NCBI GenBank assembly: GCA_028023455.1
Contig: JAQFVV010000005.1
Span: forward strand, 6,448,001 to 6,512,000
Direction: 5' to 3'
Source: Epiperipatus broadwayi
Lineage: Eukaryota; Animalia; Onychophora
Length of the DNA stretch: 64,000 bases
Position numbers and translations under genes: made by a program. Each line of letters starts with the position of its first letter. Position 1 is the first letter of the stretch. The notes beneath the pieces were generated by a model. The model worked only from the letters and a program-made list of their open reading frames with translations. It was not told the DNA's origin and did not search any database. Below are positions 40,561 to 53,200 of this stretch, in pieces.

Positions 40561-43500
40561 CATCACTGATAGAATCCATAACCTAGAAATATCTGGGAAT
40601 ATTTTGATAGGATGACACCGGACAAGGATTTATTAAGCACTATTTGGCATCTATTGATTATTAAAGCTTACATTAGATTATATAGATATAGTGAGAATAA
40701 AAGGATATTCTAATACTTGAAATCCATTACCTTCAATTCTGATAAAATTACGATCATTATCTTTATGTTTTTAATTGTGTATTTTTCAACATTTCCACTT
40801 TCTTGATTTTATTTTATTTATTAACTCTCCCATGTAACTAAATATACTATACACTTTTTTTTTTTTTATTAAGTTCTTAAATAAAAGTGGGGTTTTTTTT
40901 TAAAAAAAATTAAGGGGGTGGGGTGGGGGGGATAAAAAAAAGGAAAAAGGGAAAAAAAGGGAAAAAAGATTAATCTGGATATTTTTGAAATAATATAAAT
41001 TATAGAAAAAAAAAGGGATTCAAATGTTTTAAATAATTTTTTTAGTATAAAGAATTGTAAATTATTTTCTATCAGTAAAGTAGAAATTACTTTTTGTTAT
41101 AATAAATTTCTCATCTCTCACAAAACTTTTATAGTATATTAATTAGCATATCTATATGTCAAATCTGGGTGTGTTTTTTCCAGATAATTCATATGGAAAT
41201 TTTAAAAAGATCAAATAATTTTAAAAAAAAAAAAAAAATCTTGATTGTATATTACATGATTCTATCCTTTACTCACTAGTAATAATTTCATTCAGACAAG
41301 GAACAGTTAAAAGACAAACAGTCTATTAGCTTTCTTGATCTATGATTGGTCAAATTCTAATAATAGGAAAAAAAAAGATGAAAAGATTATGAGATATACA
41401 TATTATTTTAAAAATTACTACAATTTCAATAATATTTTATCTCTGAGTAAAATCAATTAAACACCATTGAAATATTAACTACACATTTCATGGTTTTTTA
41501 TTTTGTTTTAGATCAACTTTTTAAAATATTTTCCAATAAGCTGATCCACTTTATTGTGGCCATATAATTTTCTCTCTATTAATGTAGACTTTTATACAAT
41601 ATTCCTTGAATCATATTTCAATTTCATTAACATCAAAATTCAAATTAAACAGTTTTTTTATTTGAACTTTGAGACATACAGCTGAAAGATTTAACATTAG
41701 GCGAATTTATGTTTGTCTACATTTATGCATTATGCACTGTTTATTTTCATAGGTATATTTAAATGTTTACTTTATTTGAAAGTAACATGAAATACACAAT
41801 TATTGTATTGTTTTTACATAATTAGTAATTTCACTTATAATATGTGACTAATGATATATACATATAAATTCTTAATTATAATATAACTAAAGCATGAGTT
41901 GGGAGATAGCAATACTTTTTCAATGTAACTATCAATTATTATCTTGTTTCCAAGCTAAACTATTTGCTCTAATAACAAACAATAGCTTTTTAAATTTCTA
42001 TCCACTTTATTAAGGAAAATGATAAGATCATTCAGTAGTAATTATTCAGGAGTTGAAAACTAAAAAATTTCAAGAAAACTGAATATCGATTATACGAAAA
42101 AATATCAGGTATCATATACTAAAAGGTTAAAAAATATTAAATATATTGTGCAGATATGCATTTATACTTAATACTAGGAGCAAGTTTATTTTCTTGTTTT
42201 TTTTTTTTTTGTCTTATTTCAAGCAGAAAAATGTAATATTATTAAAAAAACTCAGCTAACCTTTTTTTGTTAGCTTTTGTTTGTTATTAATGTAAATCAT
42301 TTTGGCTGTTTTAAACTGTCTTCAATTTATGATAATGGAACAAAAAAAGCAAAAATTATTGTGCTCTTTTTGACTGGTAACACTACACTGAGCATTAGAA
42401 ATTCCCATCTTAGGAATAAATATTGCTTAAGATTTGTTGTTGTTTTTTGTTATAATAAAAAGAATAAATTTGAAATAATACAAGAATAAGAGAAATATTT
42501 AAAGTCTATCATGCATTTATAAATGCTATAGTATTTGGATTGTAATTTTTGTATGATCAATGTTTATCATCACTATTATTAATTATTTCTTAAAAAATAG
42601 TTTCCATACATCAATTATTCTCTTGTTTCTTGATATATTTTCCCCATACATTCATAACTATTGCTTTTCTTAAAACAATCTGACAACTTTTTTCTTCTAG
42701 ACCTTTTCCTATTAATTATTACTAAGAGAAACAATAAATTTTGGTCCAAAGTTATTGGAAATAATGGCATTGGTGTGAATTGATTTATAAAAATATTGTT
42801 TAGGCAGAAAAAAATGCTAAAAATAAATTTGGATCCATGCTAATAAACAATGGCATTTAATAGACTACATTAAAAGATGGTTTCAGAATGTAAAATAGTT
42901 CATATTACCCAAGTAGTTAAAAGTGCAAATTGTCGATCATTACTCGTATATTATAATGTAAAGCAGTAATTGTATTAAATAGTAGGTCTTTATCCAATCA
43001 CATTCATACTAAATTTATTCATTCCTTAGAAGCATTTACTTTCTGTGCTAAATTAAAATACATATATAAATTTCACTAATTTCTATTTTCATGACTGTCC
43101 TATTAATGGAAAATTGAATAAGAATTTTGATATGGATATAAGTCAATTTTTGGATTCACTAAAAAATAATCTTGGGTTGTTTTTGTTATTGATTAGTTAT
43201 GTAGTTAAAAAGAAATGTGACAATTTCTGTTAGGCAAAATAAGTTGAGTCGAGTACTTCAAAAGCAATATAAAGAATTAAAAATAGCAATTCAATAACTC
43301 AAAATGATTACTGAATTAAAAGTGCAGAAGAAACATAGACATTAGATAATTGAGATCACTTCAGATCTTTCTTGATAGATCAATATATAAATGTGAAAAA
43401 TGTTATTATAATCAAAATCCATGAATGACACTTTTATATATAATGATAAAATTTTAATTATCTGGAGTATTTTGACTTTTAATGATCAATGTATTCTAAG

Positions 43501-43639
43501 TTTTTATTTAGATATAAATGACGATATAGTGTATAGTTTAATGAAAAGTTTTCAGATTTTGCTGAGATTTTAGGAAAATTTTAAAATATGATGATGATAT
43601 ATTCAAAGCTATTGAAAATTTTAGAAATAATCAAACCAT

Positions 43640-44400
43640 AAGTTGTTTCATGTTATGTTAAAGGTGATTCTATTCCAATTTATATGTACAAGAGGAGTAA
43701 AATAGACTATCATTATTATTATCCATTATAAGAAAGGTGTTTTTCAAGAATTTTCAATAAATTGCTTCTGATCATAAATGAATGGTAACTTTAGAGAATT
43801 TTATAAACAGCATTAAGCAAGATTTTGTCAACAAATACAAAAAAGCATCTGAAGCAAATGATTGCTGTATATTTTACTTTTATTGATTTTATCAAGTTAG
43901 TTGACTAATTATTTGAATAAATCAATGGCAGTGTTTAAGATTAGTTGGTTGTCCATTGAAATTTAGTTGCTTTATTGTATACAGCTTCTACATGATGAAG
44001 TAAAATCTATTACAGTTTGTGCAAAATAAGGCATTTTAAAAAAATGATGTTAAATAAGGATATTTACTAATTCCAACTTTGTTTTCCATTTTAAGACTGT
44101 GGTTTTTAGAATTATTTACATGACTAGATTTACAGTATTCTGATGTTTGCGCTATCTTGTTATTTCAAAACATGATCTACAGAATGTAACTAATATTTTG
44201 AAAGTAACCTGTAAAGGACTTTGGTTTAGTAATAAATGAAAACATTCACTTTTTTATCGGCTAGTGATAAAACATTCTTCAGTTTTTTATTTGGATAGAT
44301 GACCATGTAAGACAATAAAACTTTTTAAGTAGAAAAGTGGAATTAGATGTTGAAATAAAAAACTAATTTCAGAGTGCTGTTGCTGCATTTACAAGTTGAA
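43640..44400 (+). mobile_element. Degenerate RTE-like reverse transcriptase fragment
   Basis: KGD...(Y)RGxxxLS at ~43660-43710 and FIDFIKLVD (cf. FIDFxKAFD) at ~43880, in RT motif order; heavily disrupted. Confidence 0.45.
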
Positions 44401-47164
44401 AGAAAAGATATTTCATCAAAATGATGTAACTACTGCAATTAGATCAGTTGTATATAAAATTATTTTGTCAATTTATTGTTAATGGAAATGAAACCTGGAT
44501 TCCTATTAACACAATATACAGGCATCAGAAAAATTACATTTAAGGATACTTATATAATTCTGAAAATATGATGGCAAGATCATAATATTATTTAGTATAT
44601 TCTTCAGTTTTTACTATTATAAAATCATATATTTGTTTTAGATTGCAGATATATGATTAAAGAATAAGATGTTTTCTAGAAAATTATTTCTTAACTTGAT
44701 CATGATTTTTTGATTCTGTTTATATTGTAAAGATTATCTCAAAGACCTTCTAAAGAAGATCAATGAATGTTGTTGGCTGTCATTTGTAAAATATGACTGA
44801 AAATAGATTGCAATGGATAGCTATATTTAGGCAAAGTATTGGAGTTTTTCAAAAGGTACAGTTTATTTCTGAAGTTAAAAGACAGCATTGCAAAATGTTA
44901 AATAAACAGTTTATGTGATATACATCAGTGTGTTTGTGGTTCATGGATTGGTTTGTACAATCATCTCAAAACTCATTTCTAAAGCATTTATTTCTTGTTT
45001 GTTTTTGTTTTTAAATTTGTCTGGAGTTGGAATATGGCCATACTTGTTTATGATAAACAAGTATGGTCATAGTCAACTATTACTTATATGTTTAAATATC
45101 TGTGCTGTATATAAATGTGTGGGTATTAAACAGATATCCAGCATTCTATTTTTTGATGTATATAAATTAAATTGTATCACAGCTATGTGTGTACTGTATG
45201 TACATTACAAACATTTGAACTATATATTATATATGGCTGTTTAAAAAGTATATGTATATATGATTTATTGCACTATTCTTATATTTTTTATTCTCATGAA
45301 GGCTTTGAAATGGATGATGTAGTTATGGGAGTCAAATTGTATATAAAATTGATTTTAGTTTTCTTTAAATTATATCTTTTCTGTATAAAAAAAGTAGTCT
45401 ATTTTTCTGTAAGGTGTTGCAAATGTAACTTATACATTCAATAAAAACATTTATTAAACGATCTTTGTTTTTTTTTTTTTTGTTTTTTTAATTAGAGTAT
45501 TAAACCGGAATGTTGTATTTTGTGTTATTTTCTTTACCCCTTTTCATATCAATGCATATTTAATTAAAGCAGTATTGAAAGGCAACATATCCTTGACTTT
45601 TTTTCATCTCTCTGTAAAATTCAATTTCAAAAAACAATGCTTTTTTGCATACAGATTATAATTTTTATCAGATAACATTTTTTAATAATACTCATTGTAA
45701 TAATAATAATATAAATTATTTATAATAATATGTTTATATTAATTACAGAAATAAAGTAACTATTATAATCTTAATTATCAGTTATTATTGGACAATTTGA
45801 AATTTCTTTGAGTATAATGAAAGTCAAATATTTTACTATAAAATATATTTATTTCTAATATTAATGATGTGTGTAAAATATAGTGCTTTTATTATATGCA
45901 AAATATTGTATTTACATGTGTGAGGGTATATTTTAATCCAATGTCAGACCATATTTATATTAAGTACAACTTCTTTATAACAATAATAAATTATTTCTAA
46001 TATTATTAAGTCATGAACCCATACATAAATATTGTGTTGAGATATTATTTTATATAGCTCTATGTTTTTTATAAACTGTAATAGCAATATTCAGCAATTA
46101 AGCTAATGCACATGTGCTTTGAATATTTTAAATTATAAATGAATACTCTCACTTTCCAAACACAAGATAAAGCCTTTTTGAAAAGATAGGATGAATCCAT
46201 CTATCTTTTTGACCCAAACGTTTATGTATGGGCAAATCTTAAGCGTTTTGGAAATGAGAGCGTGAAGATATTAAACAATCACTTTAAATATTGCTATTAC
46301 AGTTTATAAATATTGGGTCTGTATTTTTTCTGCAATATCTGTATGTATTGCAAATATTCTAAACATTATCAATTTATATCCAGTTTTATAAGATCAGGAA
46401 TTGTAAGCTCTCTTACAGGTGCAATTACTTTGGTGGTCAACTCCAGATTTTAATTTTATGCTGTGCTAGATTAGAATATATAAATTAAATCACAATTTAA
46501 AAAACTTAATGTGAAATAAAATATTAAATGTTATATAATATCAAACTTCTGAATAATAATTATGACTATACAAGACCAATAGTTCAAATTGAAGGAAATC
46601 TCTCCATTATCTGCACCACACAAATCCTTAAACATAAGTAATCATAAATCAATCTCAATTTATAAAGCAGATATTTTGTTCTTATGAAAATGTGAAAGAT
46701 GTAATATATACTATTACTAAAGATTTTTCTCTTTAGAACAAAAAACACAAAAAATTATATTTTAGCCAAAAAGAAATTATATTCCATTTATTTTTTAAGC
46801 CAATTTGACCCTCAATGTGTTGATTACTTTACTTGAAAATGATAGATAAAATACATTCATTATCTTATTTTTACATAATTAATAAGTACATATAAATAAA
46901 CTATAGACAGATAAGAGAGTAATTACACTTTTAAAAATAAATCATACCCATTAAATAATATATGATGTAACCAAAGGAATGATAAGGATATTTCCATGTA
47001 GTAACTAGAGAAATATCCCCAATCATTCCTTTTTTACACCATAAAAAATCTTTAACATATATCATTCTTGGGGGGAGGGGTTATAATTGATATGTATATG
47101 ATTAACAAAGAAGATATGAATCTTCTAAATTCTCATAAAAATATGTCTGAATTTAATTATTTTA

Positions 47165-48100
47165 TTAAGACCTTGATAAATGAATAAACAACTCAAGTGT
47201 ATCATGTCCAGTAAAATGATTATTTTCATGACTTTCCCAATCATTTTTAATTATGGTTTTGTAATCACAAAAATAGAAATTAAATACAGTATTATGAATG
47301 TAAGATTTGTTTCCTGTAGGATTAGTCTTATAATATTTCATACAGATTTTTTCTGTATATAAAAACTTTTGGGGTAATTTTTAATGTTCACAAGATAAGG
47401 ATTTTCTTCAACATAAAAACTTTCATGTGTTCTATTACACTGCTTATCATAATTATATTCAAATGAATTACAATGAAATGATTTTTTTCATGTGCTTTTA
47501 AATAATATTTAGAAGCTGTCTTGAATTCACAGAAATTATAGTGAAATGATTTTTCTCTTGTATGAATTCTTTCATGTCTTTTTAATTCATTTTTATAAGC
47601 AGTGAATTCACACAAATCGCAATGAAAATATTTTTCTCCTGTATGTTTTTATCATGCATCCTTAAACAACAATCATCAGATGTTTTGTATTCACACAAAT
47701 TACAATGAAAAGGTTTCTCTCCTATAAGATTTCTTTCATGTATTTTTAAATAATGTTTATAAGAAGTTGAGAATTCACAATAACTGCAATGAAAACGCTT
47801 TAATCCTGCATGAAGCTTTTCATGTTTTTTTATATGCCTTTTAGTAGAATCTCTGAATTTACAAAATCTGCACTGAAAAGGTTTTCCTCCAGTTTAAACT
47901 TTTTCATGTTTTGTTAAACTGCTTCTATCAGAGGCTTTATATTTACATAAGTTTCAGTGAAAAGGCGTTTCACCTTTATGAATTCTTTCATGTATTTTTA
48001 AATAACTTTTTTGATCACTTTTGTATTCACACAAGCTACATTGAAAATTTTTTTCTCTTGTATTTTTTTCAGGCATTTTGAGCCATAAGAATATTATATA
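47165..48100 (-). pseudogene. C2H2 zinc-finger pseudogene (ZNF-B)
   Basis: About 6 tandem finger remnants (e.g. FQCSLCEYKSDQKSYLKIHERIH, FQCRFCKFRDSTKRHIKKHEKLH) with in-frame TGA/TAA stops and frameshifts. It ends VFNFYFCDYKTIIKNDWESHENNHFTGHDTLELFIHLSRS* (stop 47167-47165). Confidence 0.88.
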
Positions 48101-48482
48101 ATAATATAAAAATATATAAATTATGTCATGCTTTGTAAAACACATTCTCAACTACTTATTATTTGTGAAGATTAAATGAATGAAACTTTTTAAAACCTTA
48201 AATAATATAATATTATTTAATATAAACATGTTTAATTATTATAACTGATTTAAACCTCACATTTTCAAAACTGATTCTTATTTCAAAATAAAGTCCCAAT
48301 TTGAAATGATTAATACATGTTATGAAGATACGCAGTAATAAATGATGAAGGATAATGTTTGTTACTGATTTTTAGATAATATATAGTTCTGTTCTTTTAT
48401 CAAGGATCATGATGATCACATGATACAATTTTCACTTTATCAATGACCATATAGCAATCTATACAAAAGAATAAAAAAATAT

Positions 48483-48530
48483 ATTAGTAGTCAAATTCAG
48501 CAATAAATATTGCTGAATTTGACTATTAAT
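48483..48530. repeat. Short hairpin (18-bp perfect stem)
   Basis: TAGTCAAATTCAGCAATA-aa-TATTGCTGAATTTGACTA (48488-48525), extendable by 5 bp with one G.T pair. Confidence 0.9.
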
Positions 48531-49009
48531 TAATGCTTTATTATGTATAAATATTTAAAAGTAATAAAATGAACATTCAAGGAAAAACATCTTTTGATCT
48601 AGACAACAATAAATTGCAAATTCTTAACATGATAAGAACTACTTTTGTCACTTTTCATTGAAGTGTAAAAAAAAACCTCTTCCTTCACGACAATACTCTT
48701 TCAGAAACTTGAAAAAAAATTGGCTGACAAAATACTAACAATACCTTACTCTATCTTGTCTGAATAACCTTTTCTGTTTCCAAAATATCTTACTAGAAAA
48801 AAATGTATCTGGGATCCCCATCCACAAAAATGTTAACGGAAAACATCTGAAGATGTCCTAGAATTACCATGTGCCAATAGAATGAATTCTGGAAGATTAA
48901 AGAGGATATTATATAATATTCATGAATATGCATTATTCTTAAGCATAAAATTTTACAATAAAAATAATGAATTATAATGGTGACAGTATATTTTATAAAT
49001 AACTATAAT

Positions 49010-49275
49010 AAACTACAGAAGTACTTTTAATTAATTTCCTAAATAAACCTTATCAAATCATATCCCAAGATTCACATTAGTCAACTATTATTTATAGAAA
49101 TCCTATTTTTATTTATAAAAATTGTCTCTAGTTTTTCTTTTATTATGAGTTCTCTCTTCATGTAGAATATTAATATTTTCTATACTTAAATACATTTTTT
49201 TGTGATCAAAAAAAATAAAACCTGTTATTAACTCATTATTATAATTATTTTTTAAGTGTTTATATAATAATTAAT
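49010..49275. repeat. Decayed paralog of the 37.39-37.71 kb arm-plus-spacer segment
   Basis: CAGAAGTACTTT (~49017); TTTATAAAAATTG.CTCT...TTTTTCTTTTA.TATG..TTCTCTCTTCATG.AGAAT (49112-49170); TGATCAAA (49203). Same order as 37390-37700. Confidence 0.75.
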
Positions 49276-51829
49276 GCTTTTAACTAGGCAACATTTCAAT
49301 TCTCATATGTACATAAGATTTGATAAATAATACTTTTTTGTTTGAAAAGTATATTTTCTGAACAATTTACCAATCTATTAAAATTATGAGGAACAAAAAA
49401 TGAAGCAATAAATAGATCTCTACATTTATTTAAAAAAAATCTAGCTTGAACTTTTAATATACATAGAAATGTCTTTTTTATTATTAATTTTCAATTCTTT
49501 CAAAAGAGTATTTTGTTTTTAAAATGACAAAGTGCAATAATTTATTAAACTTCTATCCTAAAAACAATATTTTGTTTTGCTGTTATAATATTAATAATAA
49601 ATGTTTTCTTCGTCATGCTAAATTTTTGGAATAACCAAAAATTTGAACTATATGCTGACTAGAATAATATTTCAAAGAAAATAATATTTGCCTGGTTTTA
49701 AAAGAACCTATTTTAAGGGCAATATTCTTTTATAATTTTGAAAGGTGAAAGTTACCGCATTCTCGGAAGTTGTACTTTATTTGCAAGATAATGTAAAAAA
49801 AAACAACAACTCTTATTTCACAGTAAAATGTATTTGTTTATATGTATTTTATCGAATATGAATATTTTGCTGAGTTACATAAAAGAAATAATGTGTTCTA
49901 GACTTCGTATTACACCAGTGCTCTATTTGCTTGCCCCACCTTTTAAAAATAATTCTTATCTAATTATGATTTTTAAACATTAAGTTTATTTTAAATAAAA
50001 TATCCTTAATTTGAATGAAATCATTATGTAAACTTGAACACTTTTAAATGTGTTTTAAACTGTCTAGGAGTGCTAAAAAAAAGATTTTTTTTTTTACTTT
50101 TAGGTATAAATTTATCTATAAGTTTTTCTTATACATTTAATATTTTGCTAATAACTTGTTTATAGTTTATATATCATGTATGGATTTAGAAGTTCTCAAA
50201 ATATATTTGTGTTGTTATATCAATGAAAGTAATATGAACATTCGGTATAGGATTGTTTAATAAATAGTATGGATGAACAGATGCATTTTGGAGATGTATT
50301 ATTTTTCATCAAATTATTGATTTATCATGTTTATGTCTAATTATTTTATAGTTAATGTGTTTTATTCATCTTCCATATCATGTTTATAGAGTTATTATAT
50401 GATAGATAGTAAATGATTGCAACTATTTTTATGTTATTTTGAAATATGCCTTAAAGTATAGTTTGTCATAGATGACTTACATTGTACATTGTATAGGGTA
50501 ATGTTTATGGTGGTTTATTCTTGTCAAGTTTATTTAGATTAGTGATACTAAGGTTAATTTTGCATCTGTAGATAAGTGTGGACATTTGATTATCCCATCA
50601 TTTTGCCAATCCTATTCATTGATGTTAGAGATAAGATATTGAAGACAGGTGTGTTTGACCTCTCTCTTTATTTGCTCTTGATATTGTCAAAGTAATTTTT
50701 AAAATAGTAATGATGTTAATATTCATAACATGAATATTGGCTGTGCAAAGACTTTGATAAAAATTATTTGTTTAAATGTAAATAGTTATTTTGTATAAGC
50801 ATAGATTATACATCACCCCCCATTTTATATTGTTCTTTTATTGACAATATAGTTTGTTAAACACATGAATGAAAGATTCTAATACTAATGACATATTTAA
50901 AATGATAATCAGATTTTAAAATAAAGAGAAAACTTTATTTACTCATAGGTAGTAGATATTTTCTTTAAAAATTGAAATTGATTATTAAACATTATTACAG
51001 TTATTTATATTTTGATTATTTGAAGATGTTTATAATTATTCTATTTAATATTATTAATAAAATGTTTATTTGATTCTTAATTTCTGATTTTGCCTTAGTT
51101 ATCATCATTTCCACAATCAGAAAATCAACATAACACAAGTATAATAACATTTGAGTTATAACAGTGCATAATACATAAAAGTCAGTCAGTTCATTAAATT
51201 TCATGTTGTGTAGCATTGAAGTTATTTCAATGTTTTAAAATTTTGATTACATTATCTTTATTTTAATTATAAGAAAGCTTAATGTAATCTCTGAGTATGA
51301 GCAAAATCCCCTTTTTATTCATTACATCATTACTGCCATCCTATATTATTGGATAAAAGTAATTGATAAAAGAGTCTCATTATTATGTTATAACCAGATC
51401 TATTTATTTATGATTCATGTTTAAAATAATTGCATAAGAAGAAATAATGTCTTATGGCATACAATATTATAGTGATGATATGATTCAAACCCGAGATAGA
51501 AATTTTATATTTTTGTATAAAATATATTTAATTGGTTTTGAAAATAGGCATGTAGGGGATAGCACTGGGTAAGACTAAAGTTACAATATATATATATATT
51601 TAAAGCTGTATTAACTGTCTAACTTGCTACTATTTCTTAAATCAATATGCATTTATCCATGCACCATGTGACCCATTTTACAATCATAATATATATTTAA
51701 TATTTATTCATGTTTATTATTATTTTTTATTTTCTGTACTTATGTTTCATATTCATTCATGCATGTCATGTAATTATTTAAAAATATATTTATTGATATA
51801 ACAAAATTTGTACAGATGAATACTAAATA

Positions 51830-52340
51830 CACTTTGCTAATGTTGGCTCAAATTCATTGCTGGTATTGGTTTCTTCCAAGGCTGGCTTGGTAACGTGGAT
51901 GTCCTAGGTCTGGTAGATGTATGGCAGAGCCATTAACTGCACTAATAAGTTAATGTACAAATGGCATTCCATTTTGTTGATATTGCCCACCTCTTTTCAG
52001 GTTGGCTCTATAATGCTGACATATCAGAACTGGTATCCGTGTGGTGTGAAATCATTGCCTCCTAACAGGATCCAGCGTGTTGCATCATAGACTACTTCAT
52101 TTACAATACACTATAATGTGGATATATCAGGTCCAATATTCATGTAGAGTCTGTGGGCTGTACTAGCAGATTCCATGTATTTGTAAACAAGAATCTAGAG
52201 GATAATATCTTGACCTTGTTCTGAAGAACTTTAAGCTTATTGAAAAATACATCATTGGGGTCCAGTGTTGGTTGTGTAAACTTTATAAGACAATTTAAAA
52301 ACTATACTTTAACTTCTAGCAATGCTCTCACCCCAAATGT
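51830..52340 (-). mobile_element. Jockey-clade LINE 3' remnant
   Basis: The minus strand gives NKLKVLQNKVKIL (~52240-52200), matching the Jockey LQxxQNKxLRxI motif, followed by a GHP-like terminal segment. Confidence 0.45.
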
Positions 52341-53128
52341 TCAAAAAATTTATTGAGGATAAGCATTATTATTGTACAATAAAAAACAATTGTATTTTCA
52401 CAAAAAAAAAAAATTAAAAAGTCAATCCAAGTAGTTATGTGATATTCATTTTTTTTTAAAACGATCTATTTAATGTTATATATATATACACACACGCAAT
52501 TATGGTAAACAAAGTATTTATAGAAGTGACAATATTTTTTCCAAAAATAAAAATTATTAACCATTACCTTATGATTTACTATTATTTCTTAAAATGGATT
52601 TTTGTATAAGTAAAATAGAGCTTTAGATGATTTTAATCACATTCCCATATATATGTTAAAAAGTGTTTCACTAGAAAATAGTTTAAATAAAATTGGAAAG
52701 ATTCTACTGATTAATGGAAAAAATAAATTTTAAGTTTTAAATATTCCATAATCTAATTCCTTGAGTCTGCAATGTGATTTCACATTACAATAGACTACTA
52801 TGGTAATGATTTAATAGTTAATTGCATACTTCATTTTCTCTTTAATTTTTATTAAAAATGTATCTCAATATTATCAAACTTCTCTAGAATTAAACCACAT
52901 TTGACAAGGGAAATTGGCCTTATAGTACCCTATTCATGAGTGCCACAGTGATCCTTAATCTAGTTTCTGATTATTGATCATTCTCAGATGGCTATTAAAT
53001 GATTATAATGCAAAACTGTTCCCTGAACTGAAAGTTAATAATAATTTGAAACTATTATCCAGTATCTAATGACTATTTATGTTCACTATTGTAGTAAAAT
53101 GCACCATTTATTTATTACTATTAAAAAC

Positions 53129-53200
53129 TATTAAGACCATGTACCTGAAAAACGACAATAGAGACCTCTACAAATGTTTTTCAGTTGCATGGTCTTAATA
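53129..53200. repeat. 72-nt hairpin (25-bp arms, 23/25 complementary) with TA ends
   Basis: TATTAAGACCATGTACCTGAAAAAC / GTTTTTCAGTTGCATGGTCTTAATA, with a 22-nt loop containing TAGAG-ac-CTCTA. Confidence 0.9.

Noticed and set aside
40433-40615. 60-aa ORF in a GC-richer patch
   Set aside because: The patch is the second tRNA-derived SINE-like copy.
40850-41040. G-run/A-run patch as a G-quadruplex element
   Set aside because: Homopolymer-dominated, looks like locally low-quality sequence; the poly-G at ~5704-5722 and poly-C at ~2633-2644 are likewise uninformative.
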